A DNA stretch of 56,896 bases from Octopus bimaculoides. Lineage: Eukaryota. The DNA lies in contig NC_068994.1 in NCBI RefSeq assembly GCF_001194135.2, forward strand, positions 27,533,525 to 27,590,420, read 5' to 3'. The translations under genes were made by a program, and so were the position numbers. Below are positions 12,193 to 25,345 of this stretch, piece after piece. The notes under the pieces were generated by a model. The model searched no databases. It worked only from the letters and a program-made list of their open reading frames with translations, and was not told the DNA's origin. The stretch's first letter is position 1, and each line of letters opens with the position of its first letter.

Positions 12193-14467
12193 ATGGACAA
12201 ATATTTATTGAGACCTCAGAAAAATGAGAAAGAGAGTCATAGCAAACAAGACGAACACCAGAATAAAAAATCCACCTCGTCAAAATGAAAATATAAGGAA
12301 AATTACATCCAATATGGTTTTATATTATTGGTAAAAGACAACTTGGTTCCATTTTGTATGATTTGTTTAACATTCTCAAATGAAGCGATGGTTCCCAGTA
12401 AACTTCAACATCATTTAATAACAAATCATCTGCAACATAAGGACAGACCAAAAGAATACTTTGAGATGCTAAAAAATAATTTTAAAATTCAATCAAAAAA
12501 ACTGAAGAAATTTCACTCAATTCCCAAGAAAGCTCAAATCTCTAGTTACAAGATTGCCCAGCTTTTGGCAAAGAAGAAAAAACCACATTGTGATGCTGAA
12601 AACATTATTTTAGCAGCCTTGGAGATCGCCGTTAGCACAATGATTAGTGATGAAGCCGTCAAATAAATTAAGACCATTCTTTTGTCTGCCCACACGATTT
12701 CTTGTAAAATTCAAGACATTTTGCGAGACATTAATGATCAGCTCCACAAACATTTCACTGAAGCAAAAAATGAACTCGAAAACTTGTGGGCCTTACAAAT
12801 CGATGAAAGTACAGACATCAGCAACAAAACTCAACTAATTTCATTTCTGCAAATTATCAGAGGTGGTAAAATCATAAGTCAGTTTTTCTTTTGTCGTGAA
12901 TTGAAGGAAAGAACGACAGGAGAAGATGTCTTTAACATAGTAAATCAAGATGTCGTATTGAGAGGGATACAGTGGCAAACTTGCATTAGCATTTGCACCA
13001 ATGGTGCTCCATCTCTGCAGGGTCGGAAAAAAGGCTTCATGGCTCATGTATTACAAAAAAATTCACAAGTCAAAATTGTACATTGCATGATTCACCACGA
13101 AGTTTTGGTGTCAAAATCTCTACCTGATGGTCTCTTGAAGATGATAGACAATGTTGTTAAAGTGGTGAATTACATAAAATCGCTTTCCCTACAGTGCAGA
13201 CTTTTTACATCCTTATGTGAAACTATGGATTCTGATTTTAAGTGTTTACTACTACTTCATACAGAAGTGTGATAGCTCTCAAAAGGAAAAGTGCTCTCTT
13301 GATTTATCTCTTTGTGAACTGAAATATGTTTCTTCAATACTGAAAATTTTGGATTTGAATTTCATAACAATGATAATTGGTGGCTGGAAGTAGCATTCCT
13401 CAATGATCTTTTTGAGAAGTTGAACGTTTTAAATTTGAGTCTGCAAGGAGCAAATGAAAATATTATAACAATTACAGGCAAATTAAAGTCTTTCACTGAC
13501 AAGTTAGAACTGTGGATAAGGAAAGTTAAAAACTTGCAGCTTGATTGCTTCCCAGGTGTAGAGGCTTTTCCAAACAAATTTTAAATTTTGTCAGAAGTAC
13601 AGAAGACAGTAGAAAACCTCTACGTATCATTTTCTAAGTATTTTCCATCATTTGATAATGTACGAGTGGGTCATCAATCGTTTCACAAGATGCAACAGTA
13701 CACACCTGCCATTAACATTAACAGAAGAAAATGTTAATAGACTTGAAAAACGATCCTGTGCACAAAGCCTCATTTTTTGTGCTAGAATTGTCAGAATTTT
13801 GGATTTTGCTTTGGAGCCAATATCCTTGATTAGCTACTACAGTCATTAAATCTCTGTTGCCTTCTGGATCATCGTATCTTTGTGAATTAGGTATCTCTGC
13901 ACGTATGGAAATGAAGTCAATAAAACGGGAATGATTACAGATGGTGGATGAGGAGTTAGGTATTCGTTTATCTAATTTAGGGCTGCATTATGACAAAATT
14001 CTTTCTCAAAATCAATTTTATTCTTTTATTCTTTTTACTTGTTTCAGTCATTTGACTGTGGCCATGCTGGGGCACCGCCTTTAATCAAGCAAATCGACCC
14101 AGGACTTATTCTTTGTAAAGCTAGTACTTATTCTATCGGTCTCTTTTGCCAAACCTCTAAGTTACGGGAGCATAAACACACAAGCTTCGATTGTCAAGCC
14201 ATGTTAGTGGGGGTCAAACACAGACACACATACACACACACACACAAAACACACACACACACAAAACACACACACACACAAACACATTCACACATACATA
14301 TATATACGACAGGCCTCTTTCAGTTTTGTCTACCAAATTCACTGACAAGACTTTGGTCAACCCGAGACTATAGTAGAAGACATTTGCCCAAGGTTCCAAA
14401 CAATGGGATTGAACCCAGAACCATGTGGTTGGCAAGGAAGCTACTCCTGTTGCATCCTTCTCACTAA
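12193..14467 (+). pseudogene. hAT (ZBED5/Buster-like) transposase pseudogene
   Basis: BED-like CMIC...NEAMVPSKLQHHL, QIDESTD, CTNGAPS (D to N), HCMIH, YLCELG and terminal LHPSH* at 14450-14467. Multiple stops, with a SINE inserted just before the last codons. Confidence 0.9.
14016..14449 (-). mobile_element. SINE type A inserted in the hAT transposase C-terminus
   Basis: Reverse complement of SINE A. Its removal rejoins the transposase as ...SQNQ|LHPSH*. Confidence 0.9.
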
Positions 14468-14490
14468 AAACATTATTATTGCATTATATT

Positions 14491-14521
<31 letters not shown>

Positions 14522-15134
14522 TCATAAAACAATATTATTCTACTGCTACCATAATAAGAATTTATTTATTTTTATTCATGCTAATAAAATATATCAAATT
14601 TTGTTGGGATTTTTATCTGGTGTGCTGCAAAATAAATTCTCCTTGCCCTGTGTGTCATAAGGTAAAAAAGTTTGCCAGACATTGATCTACAGGAAAAATG
14701 AAGTATCTTATTGTTACTACCTGAAGTACACTCTCTTAATGGTCTTCAAGCCACTGACAGCTGCCAATCCAGATATACCCCCTCCATACACAAAGGCAGG
14801 GAACTTAAATTCCTGCTGCCCATCCAGACTACTACCTCATCGATGATGATCATCCAGACTCAATTTCTTTAACATGGTACCACCAAATTTTTTAACCTAG
14901 CACCACCAAACTTCAAACCAGCACCACCAAATCTTTTCCCCATGGAAAAGCTATTGCTGTTAATGTGTTAGTTCTCCACAGATGGTCTACCAAACAACTA
15001 GCCATGATGACACCCCACCCTGCCATATGTGGCATCAGATGCAGTAAACTGATGTCACCAATATAACATACAACAGCTTCCAGATATAGCAGCAACAGCT
15101 ACCTACCAATACCTCGTCTGTTGTTGCTTTCAGA

Positions 15135-15264
15135 CTATGTGATAAGAAGCTTGCTTCCCAACCACATGGTTCTGGGATCAGTCCTACGGCTTGGCAACTG
15201 CTTTAGCAACAAGCTAACCAAAACCTTGTGAGCGGATTTGGTAAACAAAAAGTGAAAGAAGCTC

Positions 15265-15308
<44 letters not shown>

Positions 15309-15505
15309 TGTGTTTGTTCCCCCATCGCCGCTTGACAACTAGTGTTGTTGTGTTCATGTCTCCATAACTTAGCAGTTTGGCAAAAGAGACAGACAGAATA
15401 AGTACTAGGCTTACAAAGAATAAGTCCTGGGGTCACTTTGTTCAACTAAAAGGTGGTGCTCCAGCATGGCTGCAGTCACATGACTGAAACAAGTAAAAGA
15501 ATATC
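15135..15505 (+). mobile_element. SINE type A
   Basis: Head, (TG)n and tail A homologous to 3341-3735. Confidence 0.85.
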
Positions 15506-15904
15506 AATGAAAAATGCATAGCTACCAACTTGAGAAACAATATATATATGTATGTATGCATGTATATATGTATGTATGTATGTAATGTATGTATGTATAT
15601 ATAAATTGGTTGGTCAGTTGGTTGGCTTGCAGGCAGATTGTTAACAAACGTGAAAATAATATTTAATTTTTCTTTTCCAACAGTTCACTCATGTGCGTAT
15701 CTGAAAACTCGATTCTTTGTCAACAACTCCAACTCTATCTTCTATACTCTGTCATCTATGATTTTCTAAACTCTATAATTTCCCCTCGTGGATGGATGCA
15801 GACATCATTTACATGAAGGCTTCTTTGATCACCTTCATGATGTCTGGAAACACTCTCCTAATCTGTAGCAAGTCATTTCAATTCATTATGCCATTTCTTC
15901 AATC

Positions 15905-16078
15905 ATCTCTGTATCTTTTTATCCTTTGCTTGTTTCAGTCATTAGACTGCAGAAGATTTTTTAGTCAAAGGATCAAACCAGTACTTTTTTTAAAAAACCT
16001 GATACTTATTTTATTGGTTTCTTTTGCAGAACTGCTAAGTCACAGGAATCTAAACACACCAACACTGGTTGTCAAGTA

Positions 16079-16113
<35 letters not shown>

Positions 16114-16133
16114 TGTAATGGAAAGACGAACAC

Positions 16134-16180
<47 letters not shown>

Positions 16181-16200
16181 CAACAGGCTTGTTTCAATTC
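15905..16200 (-). mobile_element. SINE type A, tail plus central microsatellite only
   Basis: ttgtttcagtcattagactg...gaactgctaagt matches tail A reversed. Confidence 0.75.
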
Positions 16201-16644
16201 CTTTATGTGCAGTCATCATATAATGGGTCAAACTTCAACTGCAAATATATCGAGAAAAAGTTACATTTTTACACATCACAAGTAATGAATGTCTCATATT
16301 CTCCTCAATACACCTCAACTCTCTTCTTTTTTCTCCACCTCCAGCCATATCAATAGCAGCTAGTAATGTCTATCCTGCTTTCATGTTACTGTTCAAAGTA
16401 AGGAAAAAGACAAAAAAACAACAACAAAAAACAACATGAGGACGTGATACAGATTGTGTTACTAGATGCTCAGGAAAGGACAGGCAGGCAGGCAGATAGA
16501 TAGATATACACACACATATACATATATATATATATATATACATTTATATATATATATATATATATTGATACATATATATATACATTATATATATATATGT
16601 ATATATCTATGCACATATATACTTATGTATGTGTATATGTATGT

Positions 16645-17045
16645 CCTTATTCAGTTTAATTTCAAGGTTTCTTGCCAATAGAGAAAGAGCCAGTTTCTGC
16701 ACATGTCCATACAGATTTGTATGTTTTGCTAATATGTATGTATTCTCATGCATATTGTCGCATGTCTAGATATGCTTACATATATTTAAATGATAAACTT
16801 CTGGAAAGTTTTACAAATTTTTACAGTTCCAATGATAGATTGGATCTGGATCTTCAAATCAGCTTTCTCATTTCTGGTTTTGAGAAGCCTAATTTCTCAA
16901 GATTGGTATTTAAGCAGTGTGTTACATATCCCAGTGCCCCAATAATTACAGGTATAAACCTGAACTTGTAATCTGGATAGAGTAACTGCAAATTTCTCAA
17001 AACTTCAGTGTAGGTATTCTCTTTTTTGCTGATCTTTAGCTTTAT
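16645..17045 (-). mobile_element. 3' fragment of an R4/Dong-type (restriction-like endonuclease) LINE
   Basis: KKENTYTEVLRNLQLLYPDYKFRFIPVIIGALGYVTHCLNTNLEKLGF, then LQISQ-like IIGTVKICKTFQKF*, matching the K..Y..L...IP.IIGALG RLE C-terminus. Followed by a short 3' UTR and microsatellite. Confidence 0.7.
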
Positions 17046-17206
17046 GTATGTATGTGTTTGAATGCAAATATATGTATGTACATTATGGCATATATGTATG
17101 TTTATGTATGTACATACTTCATACATGTGTGTGTGTGTGTGTGTGTGCATGCATGCGTGTGTGTGTGCATTTACTTTGTTATATATACATGTTATATCTA
17201 CATAGG

Positions 17207-17582
17207 TACAGGAGTGGGTGTGTAGTAAGAAGCTTGTTTCCCAACCACATGCTTCCAGGTTCAATCCAACTGTGTCTTCTACTATAGCCTTGGGCTAACT
17301 AAAGCCTTGTGAGTGGATTTGGTAGGTGGAAACTGAAAGAAACTCATCATATATATATATATATATATGTGTGTATATTTGTGTGTCTGTGTTTGTCTCC
17401 TCACCATCGCTTAACAACCTATATTGGTGTGTTTACATTCCCCATAACTTAGTGGTTCGACAAAAGAAACTGATAGAATAAGTACTAGGCTTACAGAGAA
17501 TAAGTCCTGGGGTTGATTTGTTCAACTAAAGTTGGTACTCTAACAATGGCTGCAGTCAAAGACTGAAACAAGTAAAAGAATA
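17207..17582 (+). mobile_element. SINE type A
   Basis: Full head and tail A. Confidence 0.88.
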
Positions 17583-19934
17583 CATATGTGACTGAGTTTG
17601 CTAGTTCTTTCTAAGAAATAAATGGAATATCTTGGAATGTTTAACTAATCTTCACTTTACCCTAGTCAACTGGAGGATGCAAGTCTACTTTCTTTGTTAT
17701 TTCTTGGAAAATCTCTGTCACTTCCAGACTTTTACATAAATTTATTGTAACAAAGCCTTGTGTATTTATGATGAAATGTAGAAAGGAGAATTTATATCTA
17801 GAATACAAAAACTGTAAGTTCTTTGTCACCATAGATGGTCGCTCTTGCAATACTTTTAGACTAGAGATTCAATAATCAGGAGACTTCTTACAACGGTGCA
17901 GGACTTGTGTTTTCCTTCTGATAGGTCTGATATGTAAGTACTGGATTCTGCATTTATTTCAGTACTATTTTAAAGGTGTGGATACAATCTGGTTGTAGTT
18001 TGTCTTCCATGTGATCACAGAACAATCTTACCTGTGGATAATGTTATGAATATTTACATTTATGAATTTGTTTTGCAAGATTCTTGATATGAAATCGTGT
18101 GTCAAAACAGATACAATGGACATGCGATGAAATAAGAACAATAATAAATAAACAAAGAATGAATAGATAGTGCTTGTGTTTATTTGGAAAGGTAAAAAAA
18201 ATGATCATCCCAAAATATAACAATATTATAAATAGTTTTGGCAATACTGTCATGAGTAATGAATTGATGGTACCTTGCAGGCATTTTTCGAGCCACTGAT
18301 AATGCAGATGATATCTTCCACACTATTATGGTACAATCATCTTCCACCATAACATGGATGTTTGAAGAGAATTTTTATTTTTTTTATTGTTCATGAATTT
18401 AGTAGCTGTCTTCTATTTTTAAAGAATGAAGATGACATGATGTTTCTATATGAGTCTAATCTTTCTATCAGCATTATTGATATTCTCTAGATTGCAGAAT
18501 ATATGTTCCACACTTAACTTTCTTGAATGTTTTTCCCAATTTTTATGTAGATTAGTTTAGATTTCCTTGGTTCCCATGAAACAGCTGCATACACAAAGTA
18601 TCTAGTCAGGAGTTTTTCACTTACTACAAAAATGGTATTATTTTCAATGTTGAGTACATGTGATGTACTCATTTCTCTACTGTTTAGCAGATGTCATTTA
18701 AGAAATACACTGCAACACTCACAGGCTTATTCCATTCCCTCTATCTAATATTGATTTGGTTGTTGCTGCTAATACAGAAGCTACCAATAGTGATCAATAT
18801 CCACCTTGTTTGATACCAAAGTTGCAAATCTCATCAAGTCTCCAGCTTAGAATCCCAACTAGAAACAGTCATCAACATTCAGTGAAGTTTGTGATGTCTG
18901 ATGTTGCTATCATTGTTTTTATGTATTTTACCAAAGATCCTAACATGCTAACAAATACCACTCCAAGTAGATAGATATCGTCTTCCCAAATATACTACTG
19001 TACATCATCAAGATCATCTAAAGAATAATTGTTTGAATCAGTAATGACATAAAATAAAATGTCTCAACTATTCCATAACCATTTTCCTGAAGAAAAACAC
19101 AGCAGCATGTACATTTTAATTAATTTTGAAAATGATCAAAGATTTGGAAGAATTTTGTAAAATAACTATCATTTTTTCATTATTTATCTGCTGTTTGGAA
19201 ATTAAAAGGATTCTTGCATAAAATTCTAATGGGAGACTTTTAATTTAAATAAAAATACTTTAAAATGACAGGCCTTTCTACACGTATCATGGAACCAGAA
19301 GTAGTCTCAGATGGCTTGTTTTTAAAATGATTAATGCTGCCGTTAAGTAAGTATATACAATAATTATAATACACTTGTGATATAACATTTTCACTGTTCT
19401 CAGATTAACTTATATTAATCCCATATCTTACTGCACAGCAAATTAAATATCTTCCAAAGTTAATTAATTAATTAGATAAATATCCTTGTGATCATTTCTC
19501 AGTAAGATCTCTTTATCACAGCTTGTCTTCTGCAGTAAAAACTTTAAACACTTCTTTGTCAATTGAATATTTCTCCTATTGAACTTTCCAAGGAATTTCT
19601 GAATACATCATTCTTCACAGATATGATGTCCCATGCTGCCTGTTTTCTGAAATCTTTTCATAGTTCTCACCATTCTTATCTTTGTTTCAATAGAATGTCA
19701 GAATTTCAGTCAAAGCTCTTTCTTTTATATACTGTTTGGTCAAGTAGAGTATCTTATTGACTTGTCTTATAGCCATTCTATTCCATTCTTCAGTTGTTGC
19801 CACAATTCTTTCCAGAAAGTCAGTGAGATTGTCTGTAGATTATTACAGAATCAAATTTGAGTGCTTTCTTCAAAAGTAACAGACAACTTAGCATCCCACC
19901 ACCTCTCTCTCTTTCTCCCTCTCTCTCTTTCTCC

Positions 19935-19970
<36 letters not shown>

Positions 19971-21240
19971 GTATATGTACATATATATGTATATACATAT
20001 GCGTGTGTATAAATATGTGTATGAATTTGTATGCATTTATATATGTGTGTATATGTATATACATGTGTGTATGTGTAAATGTGTGTGTATACACACACAC
20101 ATATATGTATATGCATATATATATTCACACATATACATATAATGCATTAGTGTAAATATATATATATATATTTATTTTTATTTACATACATATGTTTGTG
20201 TATATTTTGAATTTTCAAGACATGCACATAAATTAGTATTGTTTGTTTTTGTGCTGTATCTATCATTTCTACTTTATCAAGTACATTACAAGATTTTGTC
20301 CTGCTCTTTTCTTAGTTCCCCCAAGGGTTGTCATATTGATTCTGGTAACAGAGTGTCTGCTGGATGTTGGTGTGATGTTGGATCTATACTGTATTTAAAC
20401 AACATTAGAGGCGACACCATTGCATCAAGAACAAAATGCTGCAAGAAAATCATCACAAAAGCTCTTCTTTTTAATGTCAGTATGGCTATCCAGTCATGAG
20501 AACAAGATAAAAAATATATCTGGAGGTAAAATGAGGAAATAAACTGTATATGCAGACACACATATACACAAATAAAGGGTGAGAGAGAAAGGAAGGGATA
20601 GAGAGGGAAGAAACATGCAGAATTCTTAAACAGGAAAATAACATGTAGGAAAACAATCTCTCTTTCTTTTTCTCCCTCTCTAGTTTACACACACATACAT
20701 ACACACATTAAAACCATTAGATGGAAATGCTTTGAGGACTTTAAAATTAAAATAATGGGTAAAGTGTTTACATTTTTATCAAAAAGATACAATTATATAG
20801 TTAAAACAATATACTCATGTAAATAAAAAGAGAAAAATGAACTGAATTAAATTAATCTTTCATGTTAGCAGTTTTAAAAAGTCAATGTATTCTCTATACT
20901 AAACTATATGCCATATGCTACATACCAAATCAGCAAAAATTTGGGAACATCATCTGTAACCACAAAATATTGTTTTCAAACAGATTCCTAAACTACACGA
21001 CACATGAGGAAAACAGAGAAAATATTTAATCAAAAGCCATATGGGGTTCCAACATTGAAAAAAAATTAGCCAAACAAAATTCTCTTTTTTGGAGATTCCT
21101 TCAGAATAATAACAAAGTAGACATACATACATATATAATAATGACCCAAGAGAATGGAGTGAGCAAGTCCTTTTATTTCATTGGATGAGCTTAATTGGGT
21201 GAATACCAGGGTTGACAATCCATTGAAATTACCATATATA

Positions 21241-21380
21241 TCATCATCATCATCGTTTAACGTCCGCTTTCCATGCTAGCATGGGTTGGACGATTTGACT
21301 GAGGACTGGTGAAACCGGATGGCAACACCAGGCTCCAATCTAATTTGGCAGAGTTTCTACAGCTGGATGCCCTTCCTAAC
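21241..21380 (-). mobile_element. 140-bp RTE 3' end with TSD
   Basis: Near-identical to 43552-43690. Flanked by ACCATATATA at 21231-21240 and 21381-21390. Confidence 0.85.
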
Positions 21381-21381
21381 A

Positions 21382-21417
<36 letters not shown>

Positions 21418-21419
<2 letters not shown>

Positions 21420-21785
21420 TGGTTGTCTACTCCTTACACACAGTTTGACCACCTCCTGCACCTACACCTTAGCCCATTCATGACGTCTGATGTGGCTTTT
21501 TAAACCAGACAGAGTTTTGAAAAAACACCCACACAGATTGCACCTCTGATTTGCACTACCAATACCTGCAAGTAAGTTCTGCTCACTGTGGATCCTAACA
21601 TGTCTTTTAAGACCCCCATTGGATTTGCAAGCCCTCTGGCACACACCACATTCAAACGTGTGCACAGACATATAATCAGAATAGCTGGTTGAAGTTTGTT
21701 TTCCATGGGTTCGCAGGTGAGATTTGAGGCCAGCCAAAGACAGACTGTGCACACAAAAAGATCCTTGTCATTCACCTTCTCGATG
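21418..21785 (-). mobile_element. LINE-like 3' fragment encoding three C2H2 zinc fingers
   Basis: FVCTVC/(frameshift)SLAGLKSHLRTH, FECGVCQRACKSNGGLKRHVRIH and CNLCGCFFKTLSGLKSHIRRH, then a stop, a short 3' UTR and (TA)n. Bounded by (TA)n on both sides, with no splice signals seen. Confidence 0.6.
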
Positions 21786-21818
21786 TATATGTATATATAT
21801 ATATATATCTATATATAT

Positions 21819-21851
<33 letters not shown>

Positions 21852-21875
21852 CATACATGCATACATATATATATA

Positions 21876-22247
21876 TATTCTTTTATTCTTTTACTTGTTT
21901 CAGTCATCTTGATTGTGGCCATGCTGGAGAATCACCTTTTAGTTGAACAAATCAACCTCTAGACTTATTCTTTGTAAACTTGGTACTTTTTCTATCAGTC
22001 TATTTTATTGAACCACTAAGTTACAGAGACGTAAACAAACCAAGATCAGATGTCAAGCAAAGGTGGAGGGACAGACACAAACACACAAATATATACATTT
22101 TGATATACAACAGGCTTCTTTCAGTTTCTGTCTACCAAATCTTCTCACTAGCTTTGGTCAGCCAAGGCTATAGTAGAAGACACTTGCCCAAGCTGCCATG
22201 CAATGAAACTGGACCCAGAACCATGTGGTTGGAAAGCAAGCTTCTTA

Positions 22248-22250
<3 letters not shown>
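21876..22250 (-). mobile_element. SINE type A
   Basis: Reverse complement of head and tail A. Confidence 0.85.
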
Positions 22251-22304
<54 letters not shown>

Positions 22305-22416
22305 TATATCGTCAGTAAATCATAAATCCAAAAAAGAAGCACATTCAAGAGAGAGAGAGAGACATAAAATACAGACTATAAAATAAAGAAAGACTTATGT
22401 AATGTCTTATCTCGAC

Positions 22417-22536
22417 ACCCGTTTCAAAATGGTCATAATTTACATATTAACTGTATTCATAAACAATATGTGCATGATATCAAAGGTGCACAACTCACGA
22501 CTAGTCCAGTTTTGCCACTCTACTTTTGAAAAGGGT
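22417..22536. mobile_element. Small MITE-like element
   Basis: 13-bp inverted ends acccgtttcaaaa / ttttgaaaagggt (1 mismatch). TA on the right flank only. Confidence 0.4.
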
Positions 22537-23559
22537 AGCGTATGTTACCTAACAATTTCATTTTGACTTGTTGCACACTAATGACATCATTCACATATTA
22601 TTTAAGAATATAATTATTATGTAAGTTATGGCCATCTTGAAACAGCTGTCAAGATAAGACATTATGTAATTTTTTCTTTACTTTATAATCTGTATTTTGT
22701 TCTCCATGTTAATATATGTCTCAAGCCTAACTGTGTTTATCTAACTTACTATCTTCTTAATAGCTTGATAAGGATTGCTCTTACAACCACTTTCAATGTC
22801 AATGTGTGTCCCTTTGATAAAAACGTTAAAGTTTAAGTTCACAGCCATTTGAGCACTACTCTATGTTATCTAGACTGAGATTATTTTGCTCTCACCTATT
22901 CATTCTCTCTCTCTCCCTATCTTCCCCCTCTCTTTCTCTCTCTCTCTCTCTCTATCATATATATGTATATATATATAGAAAGAGAGGGGGGAGAGATACA
23001 CAATAAGTGGCTAAGCTTAACATCAGTAACCCTGCCACACAAGTTTCATATAAAACCTATCCCAGAAGAACTTGAAACACAAAGATGGCTAAGAGAAGAA
23101 TAGCACTAGAGAAAATGAAGATGGAAATCAAGCTAATGAATTATGAGCACAAAGCAACAAAGAAAAATTCAGACCTCATCATCAATAAATTCACATAGAA
23201 TTTTGTAAAAAGACAGTGTGTCTAAACCTTGTAAGTACTTTAAAACTACAAAAAGAAAATGGAAAGTAGAACTGAACTCTGTCCAATGTGGGTGGGGGTG
23301 GGGATGCTGACTGGTTCAAAAAATACAAAACTGAATTTAAAATGGTAGTCATTTTTGACAACCCTTTCCTGAAGAAAACAAAAGTAAAAGCATATTCTAA
23401 AGTGGCTGTATAACCAACAAAAAAATGCAATAACCATCAGGATTATAATAACTGTTTTTAGACCCTGTTCATAGGAGCAGAGACAAGCAGGAGAAATCAG
23501 AATTAATAAAGATATTCATAACACAACAAAGTAATATATTATCCAAGAGGCTCAAATTT

Positions 23560-25345
23560 ACATCAAATTCCCAAAGATCTAAGTACAATGAAATTAAAGA
23601 TGGCAGGATTGCAAAAAAGAGCTGAAAAGTGTATTTGGAATGATGAGAGCATACTTTGTATTGATAGGGAAAACAAGAAAGAGGTGTGGAAGTGCGATTA
23701 TCAGATGTTATTGAATGTGGCAAATGCATGGGATAAGGTGGGGGCTACTTCATGCTGACCCTGCATGTGGACCACCAATTCAAGTTGACACCAGCATAGT
23801 AAAGTGATTAAGGACATGAAGAAAGGGAAAGTTGCATGTCCATCAGGGATAGTTACAGTGATGATCAAAATTTCTAGTGAAATGGGATACATGATTACCA
23901 CCAGAATAGTTAATGAAGTTATGCAAGAAGATATAACTTGATTAATGATCAATGTGTACACCCAATAACTAGCATAACAGTATCATGGTAAACTGCTACA
24001 AATACAAAGGAAATGACTTAAAAATAGCTATAGAGAAACCAAACCACTGGACTATGAAGGTCACTGAGAGTTACAGCTCAATTGATTCATAACGGAGTAG
24101 ATCTGGATGAGATGAAGTTTGTTTCCATACTCTGAAGAGGTAGCATAAATGCAATTTTGCTAGTAAGGTAACAGAAGGACAAATACCACTATTCCTGGTT
24201 TTCATTGATTTGGAGGAGCCATTTGACAAGGTAATACTTTCAGTAGTTTGTCGGGCACTGAGGAAACTAGATATAGAGGACTGGCCTTGTGAGGGCTGTA
24301 CAGGCCAAGTACAAAGACCAAGTAAGTAAAGTGGGAGTTGAGAACAATTTCAGTGACAAATTTAGCATGAAGGTAGGAGTCCATCAACATTCAGTCCTCA
24401 GGCCTTAGTCCTCTTCTATTCATCAGAGTCCTATCAGCCTTCACAGAAGAGTTTAAGACTAGATGTCTATGAGAACTCCTATATGTTGATGATCCAGTTC
24501 TCATAGTTTAATCAATAAATGAATTAAAGAGAAAATTTCAGGCATTGAAACTAAATCTAGAATACGGAGGCTTAGGAAAGACTAAGGTTACAGTAAATAG
24601 GAAAGAAGACAAGACCCTTTTATCTTCAGGGAAATTGTCTTACTTGATATGCAGGAAAGGTGTAGGTATAAACTCCATACATTGTATCCATTGTAATCTA
24701 TGATCACACAAAGTGTGTATTGGGATCACAGGCAGACTAATGGAGAAAGTAAACTTATATATGACTGGAACGGTACATACTTTGAACAAACCAGAAATAG
24801 CCTAACACATATAATTGAACAAGAGCAGTGATTGCTCAAAGTATAGTAACCAAGGTAAAAAGAGTTTGGAAAATTCAGCACTCTTCAACCATTGCTGGCA
24901 ACAAAGGTTCTCTCCCTCAGGGTGAAGAGCAGATTGTATGATGCTTGTGTTAGAACTGTGGTACTGCATGATAGTAAGACATGGATTTTGAACACAGAGG
25001 AGTTGCAAAGACTGGAAAGAAATGAAGCAAACATGGTCCATTGGATGAGCAATGTAAGTGTGCATGAATGACTGAATGACGTAGTATAAATGTGCTGAGA
25101 GGAAAACTGGGCACATAAAAAATCAAATATAGTATTCAAGAAAGATGACTATACTGATGTAGACATGTTATACATATGGATGTGGATAACTGCATAAAGA
25201 AGTGCTGATTACTTAATATGCATAGAGCTTCCAGAAGAGGAAGACCAAGAAAGATATGAGATAAAGTGGTGAAGGCTGATCTCAAGACCTTACAGAGATG
25301 ACAAAGGACTAGGGTGCCTGGTAGTATGCAGTTCCCAAGAAGATC
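23560..25345 (+). mobile_element. Decayed RTE LINE (RT + C-terminus)
   Basis: KGKVACPSGIV, FIDLEEPFD, VGVHQHSVL, ELLYVDD and RRGRPRK, the RTE-clade motifs in order. Many stops. Confidence 0.85.

Larger units (their letters stand above)
11840..14684 (+). mobile_element. Buster/Charlie-type hAT DNA transposon with intact ends
   Basis: TIRs cagtgtctgccaaactg / caatgtctggcaaactt (14 of 17 match) and a perfect 8-bp TSD ATCTACAG at 11832-11839 and 14685-14692 (central TA). Confidence 0.95.

Noticed and set aside
19272-19346. Candidate exon with a strong GTAAGT donor (PFYTYHGTRSSLRWLVFKMINAAV)
   Set aside because: The acceptor lacks a pyrimidine tract, there is no PKD or other recognisable motif, and its phase 2 end does not join exon A.
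20316-20479. Cys-containing open frame between AG and GT (SPKGCHIDSGNRVSAGCWCDVG...)
   Set aside because: No recognisable domain, a mediocre donor, and a phase 1 end incompatible with exon A. Worth revisiting only with RNA-seq.
21462-21752. C2H2 ORF as a host zinc-finger gene
   Set aside because: The first finger is frameshifted, there are no canonical linkers or splice sites, and it is embedded in (TA)n. Treated as a TE fragment instead.
22764-22803. LDKDCSYNHFQCQC, vaguely LDL-receptor-class-A-like
   Set aside because: Only 40 nt, with a weak donor inside a TG run and a stop shortly after. Likely chance.
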